64,000 nucleotides of DNA. It comes from Squalus acanthias (taxonomy: Eukaryota). Both the position numbers and the translations under genes were made by a program. This document shows, one piece after another, positions 1 through 12,349 of this stretch. The notes below the pieces were generated by a model that searched no databases, was not told the DNA's origin, and was given only the letters and a program-made list of their open reading frames with translations. The first letter of the stretch is position 1. Each line of letters begins with the position of its first letter. The DNA is taken from NCBI GenBank assembly GCA_030390025.1, contig CM059432.1:96288001-96352000 (forward strand), given 5' to 3'.

Positions 1-269
1 ATTGAGAGGTCAAAGAAAGCATCCCATCCCGAAGACTGCACGTTTTTCAAATACTTGGTTGAGGATGTTTCAAAAACAGTTCTAAATTGGGAAGAGCTGT
101 ATCAGAATTCTGTATAAGACTATGGGTGACCCTGCAACCAAATATTCTCTTAAAAATAATATTAGTTTGTAAGGTGATTGGATACATGCTGCCTGTTAAA
201 AGTTTAGAGTAGTACCTTAGACATTTTCTTGGTTACAGCAGTGCAATCTACTTCTGTAAGTAGTGAAGT

Positions 270-1695
270 AAGACTAAGTGGCTTATCCTGTTTCCTTTTT
301 CTGATGAGGGGAGTTACTTATGCCACCCTTCAATCTTCTGATACAATTTCCTTTCCATAGAATATCAGAAAATTACAGTCACAGCCTCCATTATTTTTGC
401 CCTACCTTCCCTCAGAATCCTTAGTGGTAAACTGTCAGGTCCCATTATTTTATCTACCTTAATTTGGGTAATTTCTTTAGTGCCATCTCCCTTTGAATAA
501 TAACCTCAACTAACTAGTCTACAACCGATCACCACAAAATTGTCTTCTTCAACTCAGAGGTCCTACCATTAATTTACTACTAATATGCCTATAGAAAGCC
601 TCTTTTATTGCCTTTTATGCTTATACTAATTTTCTGTCATACTTTCATCCTAAATAAACTCCCTCTTTGTGGCTCTAATGGCCCAGAATTTGCGGCCAGC
701 AGCGAAGTGATGACAAACGCAGCGGACCTCGAAGAAAGCTGCCCAGAAAGATCTAGCGATCTTTATGGCGTGAATTTCACCTCTCCTGATGTTAGTTTGA
801 ATCTGGCGCTGAATCTCCAGTGTCCAACAACAGTGATGTCCTCAAGTAGGCTAAGCAGCCAAACAATTTGTAGAATTCTTACAGACAGCAAACCAGGAAG
901 TAAAATGCACAGATTATAATTTACTTTTTATAAATTTTATAGAGAGCAAAATAATGATTGGGATATATACATAGGATTAAGGTAGAAGCTGAAAGATCAT
1001 AAACAAACTTAAAAATATATATATTTAAAAACCTTTGTATTTCTTATCATATTAATCAAAAAATTTGACATTCCAAAAATATAAAATTAGTTTTTCAAGG
1101 CCAGAATGGTTGTTCAGCAGTCAATACGCTGTTAAAAACCCAGTTACACCTCTTTCAACAATGCTTAACTTTTCAGGGGGTGGCGGGGGGTTTAACAGCG
1201 ATATTCTAGAGTAATAGGGGAAGTTTTCATCCTTCAGTGCGATTTGAATTGATTGTCGGCTCCGGGGAGTTACACAGCACAACCTGTGAAGGAGCAGGGA
1301 ATGACTGACAGCAGTTTCTGGATTTCCACATTTATCTGCGCATGCACTGACTCCAGAAGTTGTTGTCATTTTCTAAGGAGTAATGATGGTGAATGCTTAC
1401 AGTTTCAGTGTCATTACCACCACAAAATCCAGGCCATTATAGTGGTTATATTTGTCTTGATTTTCAGTTTTTATTATCTGCCCTGTAAACACTAAATGCT
1501 CTTTTATTTAGTTTCAAATTTCTAATCCCTCCATTAATCCATGAAACCCAATTTTTGACACATTCACTTTATTTCATTACTGGAAAGCATTTGATTATAC
1601 CCTTTCCATCTTTTTAAATATTTTCCATTGCTGACCAAAAGTTCTACTTGTCAACTTTTCCTCCCATTTGACCAAATCAAGGACCCTTTTTATCA
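270..1695 (-). mobile_element. Old, degenerate CR1 LINE ORF2 remnant, split by a MITE at 680-1435
   Basis: Diverged similarity to the minus-strand CR1 copies at 9200-9700 and 23560-24300. No intact ORF. Boundaries are approximate. Confidence 0.5.
680..1435. mobile_element. Non-autonomous PIF/Harbinger element (MITE)
   Basis: Left end GGCCCAGAATTTGCGG; right end reverse-complements to GGCCTGGATTTTGTGG. Flanks AAT/ATT, a 3-bp TSD with one mismatch. Confidence 0.6.
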
Positions 1696-2832
1696 CAGAA
1701 TCATAGAAACTTACAGCACAGAGGAGGCCATTCAGCCTGTCGTGCCACTTCCACCCACCTCCCCCAAACCCTACTTCTTTCTGAGTCCGCCCCTGGAAAA
1801 AACTCTCTCCCAACTCTCTTAGAACTGCACTTATGAAATCCCAACTGTCCAGCCTTTGGCCCTCCATTCACCATGACATTTCTGCAGCTACCGATCTGCT
1901 CAACCATACCCTCACCACCATCTTTGATGCCCTAGTCCCTACTAAAACAATTACCCTCCCTCATCCTGGCAGTTCCCCCTGGCACGGCCCTCATCTTCAC
2001 TCCCTTAAGTCCAAGGGACACAGACTTGAACAGATATGGCGGACAACTGGTTTAGCCATTCACCGCCAGATCTGGTTGGACCACATAAAGCATTATCGGG
2101 TCCTGCTCTCGTCTGCCAAAATTGCTCACTATTCCAGAATCATTCTGGAATGCAAAGATAAACCCCAGTTCCTATTCTCTACTGCTAATCGTCTTCTTAA
2201 ACCCCTCTCCCCTGTCTCCTCCACTCTCACTTCCGATAACAAGTGTGAGGAGCTCATGGACTTCTTTGTCTCTAAGATTGAGACAATCCATTCAGCTGGC
2301 TCTGCCACTTCCCTTCCTTCCCCTAGCCCACTGGGCCAAACTTCCTCTAAGGTTCCCCCCCACTGCCCTAGCCCTGAACTCACATCTTTCTCCAGTTTCT
2401 CTCCGATCTCCCCTCATGACCTCTCTGCGCTCATCTTGTCTATGAGACCCACCTCCTGCTCCCTCGAACCTATTCCCACCAAACTGCTGACCACCCAACT
2501 TCCTTTTCTGGCTCCCATGTTAGCTGATATTGTTAACGGTTCTCTCTCCTCTCCCTCAAATCTGCCGTCATCACCCCTCTCCTCAAAAAACCAACCCTTG
2601 ATCCCTCCGTCCTTGCAAACTACCGCCCCGTCTCCAACCTCCCTTTCCTCTCCAAAGTCCTTGAACGTGTTGTCGCCTCCCAAATCCGTGCCCATCTTTC
2701 CCGCAATTCTGTGTTGGAATCCCTCCAATCAGGTTTCCGCCCTTGCCACAGTACCAAAACGGCTCTCATCAAAGTCACAAATGACATCCTTTGTAACTGT
2801 GACAAAGGTAAACGATCCCTCCTCGTCCTTCG

Positions 2833-5800
2833 ATGGAATCTGGAACTGTACCCATGGATTGGAGGGTAGCTAATGTTACCCCACTATTCAAAAAGGGTGG
2901 TAGAGAGAAAGCGGGGAATTACAGACCAGTAAGCCTGACATCGGTAGTGGGGAAAATGCTAGCGTCCATTATAAAGGATGTAATAGCTGAGCATTTGAAA
3001 AACAGTGATAGGATCGGACAAAGTCAACATGGATTTACAAAAGGTAAATCGTGCTTGACTAATCTACTGGAATTTTTTGAGGATGTAACTGGGAAAATAG
3101 ATAAGGGAGAACCAGTAGATGTGGTGTATTTGGACTTTCAAAAGGCTTTCGATAAGGTCCCGCATAAGAGATTAGCGGGTAAAGTTAAGGCACATGGGAT
3201 TGGGGGCAAGGTATTGACTTGGATAGAGAACTGGTTGGCGGACAGAAAGCAGAGAGTAGGAATTAATGGGTCTTTTTCCGAGTGGCAAGCAGTGGCTAGT
3301 GGGGTACCGCAGGGATCGGTCCTTGGACCCCAGCTATTCACAATATACATTAATGATCTAGATAAGGGAATTAAATGTAATGGCCCAAAAATTCATCCTG
3401 GTGCGCGAGAGTACGCACTGCGTACACTCGCGTATTCCCTCTGCAATTGCCGGTTTTCTGCATGCACTGCGCATGCGCTGAAAACCGGCACTTCATGTCT
3501 GGTCAGTTTCATGGATATGCGAGTAATCGCGTGGGCTGGTGATTCTGCGCGTGCGTCGGAAAATTCATGTATTTTGTGAATGAGAGTAGTGTGTGTAAGC
3601 TCCTAGCAGTTACACATTTTAAAACCAGGAGCAGCAGCCATTTATACATTTACCGAGATAGTAGGAGGAAGAAATCCTTTTGGAGTGTGGCTACTGAGGT
3701 GAGTTTTTTAAATCTGAAAGACACAAAAGTTTTAAATGAAGTCTTATATAAGTTAAGAGTTTTAAAAAAAAAATTTTAAAAACGGGTTTTGACCATTTGG
3801 AGTAGTATAGCAACTGTGGGTGTGTACAAGGCATATTTAGGTATCTATCTGTGAAAATGAAAGTTTAAAAATGAACTGTTTACGTTTCAAAAAGTTTTAA
3901 AGATGAAAATGAGTAAGTAAGTATGTATGTATGTATGTATGAATTTATGAAAATGTTACAGTTTTGGAAAATCAGCTAGGGCCGTGTGGCGGGTAGATGT
4001 GTTCCCAAGCTGATAGCGCACGTATCCCACCATAGCCTGACCTGATTTTATAGCCACTCACTTAACTAAAGTTACTTTAACAACTATTTCCATTTTTTCA
4101 TTACAACTTTCAGTTTGAGGAGGAAGCCTGTGTGAGAGAAAGATGCCCTTTTGCAATCGTCCTCCGTAACTCTGACTTATATGGCGTCCTCAACGCATTG
4201 CCTCCAGGATCCACATGGATATTGGGCGACAAGGGCTACCCGCTAAGACCATGGCTGATGACTCCCTACCGCAAGACCAATAATGAGGCTCAGGAGAGAT
4301 ACAACCAGGCACACGTGTCCACACGGCAAGTGGTGGAGAGGACAATTGGAGTTCTGAAATCACGCTTCCGGTGCCTGGACAGGTCAGGGGGGACCTTGCA
4401 GTATTCTCCTCAGAAAGTGGCAAAGATTGTGGTGGCCTGTTGTGCTTTGCATAACTTTGCCCTGCAGGAAGGACTGACCCTTAACGCTGCAGATGAACTA
4501 CCTGCAGAAATGGAGGATGTGGACAATGCCAATGTGCCTGTGGGAAGGCATGATGGGGAAGAGCCAACTGCTGCTCAAAGTAAGGCTGCTCGGGAGCAGC
4601 TGGTAGCCAACACCTTCACGAGGTAGTGTCGCCTTGTACCTCCCGCTCCCCCTCCCCCTCCCCCTCCCCCTCCCCCTCCCTCTTCCCCTCCCTCTCCCCC
4701 TCCCTCTCCCCCTCCCCCTCCCCCTCCCTCTCCCCCTCCCTCTTCCCCTCCCCCTCCCCCTCCCTCTCCCCCCCTCTCCCCCTCCCTCTCCCCCTCCCCC
4801 CCTCCCTCCCTCCCTCCCCCCCTCCCTCTCCCTCTCCCCCTCCCCCCCTCCCTCTCCCTCTCCCCCCCTCCCTCTCCCTCTCCCTCTCCACCAGCAAGGC
4901 AAATAAAGGTACAGACACAATTTAAAGTGAAACAGTGCTCTTTTATTGCAGCATTACAGACTTCTGAGGTTCATTGTTGCTTTACATAGTTTATAACTTT
5001 TCAATGTTAACTAGCTACTTTTCAACTTTGTAAACAATCGTAAACAGAAATAGGTTTTTTAAAAATTTGTTAACAGTTCTCAGTAACTTTTTTGCTTCGT
5101 TAATGCAGTAAAGACATTCAAGATGGGAAATAACTCTTTCCTAAATGTAAACAAGTTTAAATGTTCAATTTTTTTGTGAAAATAAACAATTTGAATTTTT
5201 ATAAAGTGACTAAAGGCTGTACTTTTTCAATGAAAAGCTAACTTTCAGTTTCAGTGTCAAATATATATATAAATAAAGAAAAATGTAAACATGTAAGTTT
5301 TAAATAAAACTTAAAATTTAACCACAAATAAACTATTCCTGAGGGTCAATGGATGTGCATTGTGGAACATGCAACACCCTAACGTCTCTTGCGCTTTCTT
5401 GATTGCATCATCGTTGGTGGCTCTTGGACCTGCACTGATTCTGCGCTGGGAGCAGGTAAGGTTGGTTCTGATGGAGTCACAGTAATTGCAGCAGAAATTA
5501 TTCGCATGAGTCCTTCAAGAGACTCATTTATTTTACTAAGCTGCACTTCCACATTGGCTTTCTGCAACAGTCCTTCAAGAGGACTCAGTAAGCAACTCAA
5601 AGCATTTCAATCAAGATGACATTAGCATTTTATGAGACTTGCCTGGCTACAAAAGCCATAAAAATTTATGGGAGCATCTTGTGACTTCAGTTAACTCAGC
5701 TTAGCAAACAAACACTTTTTCAAGGCTTTTCATTTTAAATGTTAAGACATTTTAACATTGACTTTTGTTATAACTATACAAACCTTCAGCGTTCGATATA

Positions 5801-7358
5801 AATCGCTGAATTTTTTGCGACATTGCTCAGCTGTACGTGGAATGGTCGAGGTTGCGCTCACACTTTGAGCAACCTCTTTCCACGCTGCCATTTGGCCTTT
5901 TCGCGGCGGCTTGGACTTCTGAGTTCCAATTATCCGTGAACGTTTCGATTCTACCTCGTCAAGAAGTGTACGGAGATCATCATCACTGAAATTCTGTGTT
6001 CTTTTGATAAATTGGATAGTGCTGATAGCAGCCATTTTCGTTTGCTGATTATAAACAGTTAAATCTCTGAAAAAAATGATTTCTGTGCTTTTAAAACTAT
6101 TTAAATTACTTTAAATCTCTTTGCAAATGTTTAACATTACTCAAATTATACTAAAAATCTTTAAAAGTTTACAAAACCATGCATTTAAATCCTACTTACT
6201 GCAAATTCCACCTAAAACAGTGAGAAAACTGTGTCTTCAGCAGCTGTACAATGGTTTCAGTGGAGAAAAAAATCGGGGGCGTGGCCTATGGAAAAGAGAC
6301 CTTAATGGGCGTGTCTTCACTCCACATCGCACGCGATGCAACGCGCACGCTGCGCTGCAGGGCAGTGTGACGTCATACGCTGCCCTGCACTCAATCAGCC
6401 AGAAGATGAATTTTCTCCGTGGAAAAGACGAAACGGCAGACGCGGTATGTATTACCGCGCCTGCTCCTTACACCCGCGGGAACAGAGCCAGATCAATTTC
6501 TGGCCCAATATCTCCAAGTTTGCAGATGACACAAAGCTGGGTGGGAGTGTGTGCAGCGAGGAGAATAGCGAGAAACTCCAGGATGATCTGGACAGGTTGG
6601 GTGAGTGGGCAGAAGCGTGGCAGATGCAATATAACGTGGATAAGTGCGAGGTTATCCACTTTGGTGTCAAAAACAGAAAGGCAGACTATTATCTGAATGG
6701 CAATAGATTGGGAGAAGGGGAAGTGCAACGAGACCTGGGTGTCCTTGTGCACCAGTCGCTGAAAGTAAGCATGCAGGTGCAGCAGGTGGTGAAGAAGGCA
6801 AATGGTATGTTGGCCTTCATAGCGAAAGGGTTTGAGTATAGGAACAGGGATGTCCTGCTGCAGTTGTACAGGGCCTTGGTGAGACCACACCTTGAGTACT
6901 GTGTGCAGTTTTGGTCGCCTTATCTGAGGAAGGATGTTCTTGCCATGGAAGGAGTTCAGCGAAGATTCACAAGGCTGATACCTGGGATGACAGGAATGAC
7001 ATATGAGGAGAGATTGGGTCGATTGGGCTTATACTCACTGGAGTATAGAAGAATGAGAGGGGATCTCATCGAAACATATAAAATTCTGACAGGTCTGGAC
7101 AAACTAGATGCAGGAAGAATGTTCCCGATGGTCGGAGAGTCCAGAACCAGGGGTCATAATCTACGGATAACGGGTAAACCATTTAGGACAGAAATGAGGA
7201 AGAATTTCTTCACCCAGAGAGTGGTGAACCTGTGGAATTCTCTACCACAGAAGGTAGTTGAGGCGAAGTCATTAAATATATTCAAGGATGAGTTAGATAT
7301 ATTTCTTAAAGCTAAAGGTATCAAGGGATATGGGGAGAAGGCAGGTACAGGGTACTGA
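2833..7358 (+). CDS. CR1 ORF2 reverse transcriptase/C-terminal region, join(2833..3381,6510..7358), about 465 aa and in frame once the Harbinger and one TSD copy are removed
   Basis: ORF 2833 ends ...GIKCN and ORF 6336 resumes [12 protein letters not shown] in the same frame, with no stops. Confidence 0.85.
4156..4626 (+). pseudogene. Harbinger (HARBI1-like, DDE_Tnp_4) transposase, C-terminal part only
   Basis: [39 protein letters not shown] and ACCALHN motifs are present. The GAID and PGSxHD motifs are absent. Confidence 0.88.
4639..4888. repeat. Pure C/T low-complexity tract (CCCCCT/CCCT units)
   Basis: Seen directly in the sequence, immediately after the transposase stop codon. Confidence 0.95.
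5379..6035 (-). CDS. Harbinger Myb/SANT-like (trihelix, MSANTD-type) DNA-binding protein. Proposed exons 6035-5784 and 5561-5379, 144 aa.
   Basis: [14 protein letters not shown]...WKEVAQSV...[13 protein letters not shown]. Donor AAG|GTTTGT and acceptor TTGCAG|AAA, both phase 0. C-terminal RKRKRR. Exon 2 is less certain than exon 1. Confidence 0.75.
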
Positions 7359-10231
7359 GTTTAGATGATCAGCCATGATCTCATCGAATGGCGGAGCAGG
7401 CTCGAGGGGCCGAATGGCCTACTCCTGCTCCTATCTTCTATGTTTCTATATTTCTTGACTTGTCTGCAGCCTTTGACGCGGTTGACCACTCCATCCTTCT
7501 CCAACGCCTCTCCACCGTCGTCCAGTTAGGTGGGACTGCACGCGCCTGGTTCCATTCTTATCGATCTAATTGTAACCAGAGAATCACCTGCAATGGCTTC
7601 TCTTCCCGCTCCCGCATCGTTACCTCTGGTGTCCCCCAAGAATCTATCCTTGGCCCCCTCCTATTTCTCATCTACATGTTGCCCCTTGGCGACATCATCC
7701 GAAAACACTGTGTCAGTTTCCACATGTACGCTGACGACACCCAGCTCTACCTCACTACCTCTTCTCTCGACCCCTCCACGGTGTCTAAATTGTCAGACTG
7801 CTTGTTAGACATACAGTTCTGGATGAGCAAAAATTTCTCCAATTAAATATTGGGAAGACCGAAGCCATTGTTTTCGGTCCCCGCCACAAATTCCGTTCCC
7901 TAGCCACTGACTCCATCCCTCTCCCTAACATCTGTCTGAGGCTGAACCACACTGTTCATAACCTTGGTGTCATATTTGACCCTGAAATGAGCTTCCGACC
8001 ACATATCAACAGCATAACAAAGACCGCCTATTTCCACCTCCGTAACACCGCCCGTCTCCGCCCTTGCCTCAGCTCATCCACTGCTGAAACCCTCATACAT
8101 GCCTTTGTTACCTCTAGACTTGACTATTCCAATGCACTTCTGGCTGGCATCCCACATTCCACCCTACGTAAACTTGAGGTCATCCAAAACTCGGCTGCCC
8201 GTGTCCTAACTCGCACCAAGTCCCGTTCATCCCTGTGCTCGCTGACCTATATTGGCTCCTGGTTAAGCAGCGCCTTGATTTCAAAATCCTCATCCTTGTT
8301 TTCAAATCCCTCCATGGCCTCTCCCCTTCCTATCTCTGTAATCTCCTTCAGCCCCACAACCCCCCGAGATATTTGCGCTCCTCTAATTCTGCCCTCTTGA
8401 GCATCCCTGATTATAATCGCTCAACCTTTGGTGGCCATGCCTTCTGTTGCCTAGGCCCTAAGCTATGGAATTCCCTGCCTAAACCTGTCCGCCTCACTAC
8501 CTCTCTTTCCTCCTTTAAGATGGTCCTTAAAACCTACCTCTTTGACCAAGCTTTTGGTCACCTGCCCTAATTTATCCTTATGTGTATCTGTGTCAAATTT
8601 TTTGTCTTAAAATACTCCTGAGCAGCGCCTTGGGACATTTAATGATGTTAAAGGTGCTCTTTAAATACAAATTGTTGTTGTTGTTGTTTCATATCATCTG
8701 CACACTTTATAATGCTGCTCCCTACACCTAAGTCTATGTAGTTTATAAAAATTGAAAAGATTAATGGACCCAAAACTGACTCTTGGGGAACACCACTGCA
8801 AACTACCTCCCAGTCTGAAAAACATCCATCAACCACTGCCCTTTGCTTCCTGTTACTGAGCCAATTCCGTATCCATACCACCACTTTACTCTTAACTCCA
8901 TGGACTTCCACCTTCTTAACAAGCCTCCTGTGTGGCACTTTCTCGCATGCCTTCTGCAAGTGCATATATAAAACGTCTACTGCACTACCTTGATCAACCT
9001 TCTCTGTTACCTCATCAAAGAATTTAATCAAGTTAGTCAGACAAGATTTGCCTTTAACAAATCCATGCTGGCTCTCCTTGATTAACCCATGCCTTTCTGA
9101 TTGAAAGTTTATTTTGTCCCTGATATTGGTTTCCAATAACTTCTCCACCACCGATGTTAGGCTGACTGGCCTGTAGTTTCCTTGTTTATCCCTCTCCCCT
9201 TTCTTGAATAGTGATATAACATTAGCAACCATCCAGTCCTCCGGCACTATTCCTGTATCCAATGAAGATTGAAAGATTGTGACCAATGTCTTTGCTATTT
9301 CTACCTTTGCTTCTTTCAGCAACCTAGGATGCATTCCATCTGGACCAGGTGACTTACCAACTTTCAGTAATGCTAATCTTTTTAGTACGTCTTCTCTATC
9401 TATTACTATCCTGTCCATAACTTCCCTCTCCTCTTTTAGTGTAACCTTCACATCATCCACTTCCTTTGTGAAGACAGATGCAAAGTACTCATTTAATGCT
9501 TTGGCCATGTCCTTTGCCTCTAAATGAAAATTTCCCTTTGGGTCCTTAATAGGCTCAACTTTTTCTCTAGCTAACCGCTTATACTTCATCTGTTTATAAA
9601 ATGTTTTAGAGTTCAATTTAATGTTGTCTGCTAATCTTTTCTCATAACCTTTCTTTGCCTCCCGTAATAATTTTTTCAATTCCCTCCTGTACTTTCTCTA
9701 ATCTTTCTGGTTATTAACTGAATCTTGCTCCTGACAGTTGTCAAAGAGGCTGAGAAAAAACAGACTCCTTTCTCTGTTTTACTTTAACTTTTATTTCCTT
9801 TTTCATCCAGGGTGCATTAGCTTTGGATGTTTTACCATATCCCTTCAAAGGGATATGCCTAGTTTGTACTTGAACTATCTCTTCCCTGAATGCCCTCCAT
9901 TGCTCCGTTACTGCTTTACCCTGAAATCACCTTTACCAATCTACCTGTGCTAGGTCCCTTCTTAAATCACTGAAATTAGCTCTTCCCCAGTTGAGCATTT
10001 CTACCTTCGATATTTTATGGTCTCTTTTCCATAATTACTCTAAAACAAATGACATTGTGGTCACTGTGGTCTACTGCAACACACTCCACTTGCCCTACTT
10101 AATTTTCCAGAACCAACATTGCTTCCTTCCTTACAAAAGCAAAATACTGCGGATGCTGGAAATCGGAAATAAAAATAGAAAATGCTGGAAATACTCAGCA
10201 GGTCAGGCAGCATCTGTGGAGAGAGAAATAG

Positions 10232-10268
10232 AGTTAACGTTTCAGGTCAATGACCCTTCATCAGAACT
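10232..10268 (-). ncRNA. Minimal type I hammerhead ribozyme motif
   Basis: AGTT-CTGATGA-AG-GGTC-ATT-GACC-T-GAAAC-GTT-AACT. Core boxes are intact, with stem I AGTT/AACT and a short stem II. Confidence 0.8.
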
Positions 10269-10615
10269 GGAAAAAGCTGAAGATGGAACAGGTTTTTAAG
10301 CAAGTGCAGGGGCAGGGAGAGGGGAAGGGGAGGAAAGAACAAAAGGGAAGGTCTGTGATAGGATGGAAGGCAGGAGAGATTAAGAGACAAAAGGAATGTC
10401 TCTATCTTTTTTCCATTTATTTTTTTTCTCTCTCTCTCACATGGCAGCTGTCTTTCATTCTGCCAGTGCCATTCACACTTCATCGAGAGCCATCTTTTGT
10501 TTCTTAACTTGTTCTATTACCATCTCCTTTTGACTTGCACCATCATTCAGGCAGGTAGTGCAGGAGTCCCCTGAGCCCATCATGCTCACCCACCAGTATT
10601 TGGTGCTGAGTACTG

Positions 10616-11224
10616 GTGAGGGCAATGGTTCCTCTGGGCATTGCAGCCAGAGCCAAGTCCACAGCAACCATGGAAGGCTCAGCTGCACAGGTGGGGGGGG
10701 GGAAGAGGAGAAGAAGAGCAATAGTGATAGGGGATTCGATAGTTAGGGGAGCAGACATGCGTTTCTGCAGTCACAGATGTGACTCCAGTATCGTATGTTG
10801 CCTCCCTGGTTCCAGGGTCAAGGATGTCACTGAACGGCTGCAGGGCATTCTGAGGGGGAAGGGTGAACAGCCAGAGGTCGTGGTCCATATCAGTACCAAC
10901 GACATATGTAGGAAGAGGGATGAGGTCCTGCAGGCAGAGTTTAGGGAGCTAGGAAAGAGGTTAAAAAGCAGGACCTCAAAGGTAGTAATCTCCGGATTAC
11001 TACCAGTGCCACGTGCTAGTGAGTACAGAAATAGGAAGATAGAGCAGATGAATGTGTGGCTGGAGAGATGGTGTAGGAGGGAGGGCTTTAGATTCCTGAG
11101 GAATTGGAACTGTTTCTGGGGGAGGTGGGGCCTCTACAAGCCAGACGGATTGCACCTTAACGGGAACGGGACCAATATCCTCGCGGGAGGGTTTACTAGT
11201 GCTGTTGGGGAGGGTTTAAACTAG
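10616..11224 (+). CDS. CR1 ORF1 SGNH esterase-like domain
   Basis: IVIGDSIVRG, CCLPG, VVVHISTND, SGLLP and DGLHLN blocks. Confidence 0.85.
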   Translation: MRAMVPLGIAARAKSTATMEGSAAQVGGGKRRRRAIVIGDSIVRGADMRFCSHRCDSSIVCCLPGSRVKDVTERLQGILRGKGEQPEVVVHISTNDICRKRDEVLQAEFRELGKRLKSRTSKVVISGLLPVPRASEYRNRKIEQMNVWLERWCRREGFRFLRNWNCFWGRWGLYKPDGLHLNGNGTNILAGGFTSAVGEGLN

Positions 11225-11456
11225 CTTGGCAGGGGGATGGGAACCTAAGTATAGAGTCAATAGGGAGGGAAGAAAAACTGGAATTGGAAAACAAAAACAT
11301 AGAAAGTAAATTGGAAGGACAGAGGAATCAAGGACTAGATAGTAGTCAACAAGGAGGTTTGCCTGTACTAAATGGTATATACTTCAATGCAAGGAGTATA
11401 GCGAACAAGGCAGATGAGCTGAGGGCACAGGTAGATACTTGGGACTATGATATTAT

Positions 11457-12349
11457 GGGGGAAAAATTCAGATGGTTGCACCTCCCATTAGCGCCTTAAG
11501 AGGGCGCTAATGGGGCGCAAAGCAACTAGCGCCTGGGCGCGGCGATGTTTGCGCCGCTCGCGAAATTAAATAGACATTTTGCGGCGGCGCTAAACACTAC
11601 CGCCACGATCTCCTGCGCCAGCAGATCGTGACGTCAGTTGAGTACGCAACGCCCCAGTAGCGCCCCGGAGCGGATATTGAGTGGTGCCCCCTGCCTTACT
11701 GCCTGCCGCTAGCAACGACAGGTTGAGGGGAGCGTTTTGGAGTCAGGAAGGGACTGGGGGAGCGCTATTTAAAGGCGACCACTTCCTGCCTTTTTTTGTT
11801 GGTGACATTTTTGAACCACGCATTCTGAGAGAGAGAGAGAGAGACTTCTGGAGAGATTCAACGCTGTGTGAAGGAGTTTTGGGTACTGAGCAGCACTTTG
11901 CAGGTTCATTTTGATTTGCCCTTCCTTGTATCGATTTAGAAGAGACTGTGGGGGCTGCATTCTGAGCTCTTTCCTTGGGCCTCTCCATTGTTCTTTCCAG
12001 CAGATTTGATGTACAGGTCTCTCCAGGCCGAGATTCAAGGCTGCAATGAGCAGGATGTGGATGGAAAGCAAGATCAACCCTCCCCTTTAAGAACTGGCCG
12101 GCGCCATTTTGTCTGTGTTCCATTGCTGACTGACATCACATGAGCTTCGCCAGTGCTCTGAGTTAGCGCCTCGCTCCTCCGCCTTTGCGCCGTAAGACAG
12201 ACGTGTAGCGCCTGATTTAGCGCTCCAATCACCTCCAGGGGCGATAAAAGTCAAGTTTGCAGTCGGAGGCGATAATTAGCGCCAGGCGCTAATCTTTGCG
12301 CCCGGCCGATAATTGCGCCCCAAATGGGGCGATACTGAATTTCTCCCCC
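11457..12349. mobile_element. Harbinger MITE
   Basis: TIRs GGGGGAAAAATTCAG / GGGGGAGAAATTCAG and a perfect TAT TSD. Removing it restores CR1 DYDIIAIT. Confidence 0.92.

Larger units (their letters stand above)
3382..6506. mobile_element. Young PIF/Harbinger element with an internally deleted transposase and a Myb/SANT gene
   Basis: Perfect AAT TSD (3379-3381 and 6507-6509). Imperfect TIRs GGCCCAAAAATTCATC / GGGCCAGAAATTGATC. Convergent transposase and Myb genes. Confidence 0.93.
2832..7454 (+). mobile_element. 5'-truncated CR1 (HER1-like) LINE, split by a Harbinger at 3382-6506
   Basis: RT motifs [28 protein letters not shown] and FADD. The 3' UTR is GATCAGCCATGAT...CCTACTCCTGCTCC followed by a (TTCTATGT)n tail. 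Confidence 0.95.
1747..8688 (+). mobile_element. 5'-truncated L2 LINE in two pieces (1747-2831 and 7455-8688), split by a CR1 insertion
   Basis: L2-type ORF2 fragments (ORFs 1833, 7388, 7987, 8235) with LDLSAAFD, GVPQ and YADDTQLY motifs and a (TTG)n tail. CTCGTCCTTC|TTGACTTGTCT rejoins across the insertion. Confidence 0.9.

Noticed and set aside
1695..1746. CR1 tail as the 3' end of the CR1 at 8689, with L2 inserted between them
   Set aside because: About 0.9 kb of CR1 would be missing and no TSD is visible, so the link cannot be supported.
4132..4626. Domesticated host gene HARBI1 (or NAIF1/MSANTD for the Myb ORFs)
   Set aside because: The ORFs lie within TIR- and TSD-bounded, multicopy, decayed transposons.
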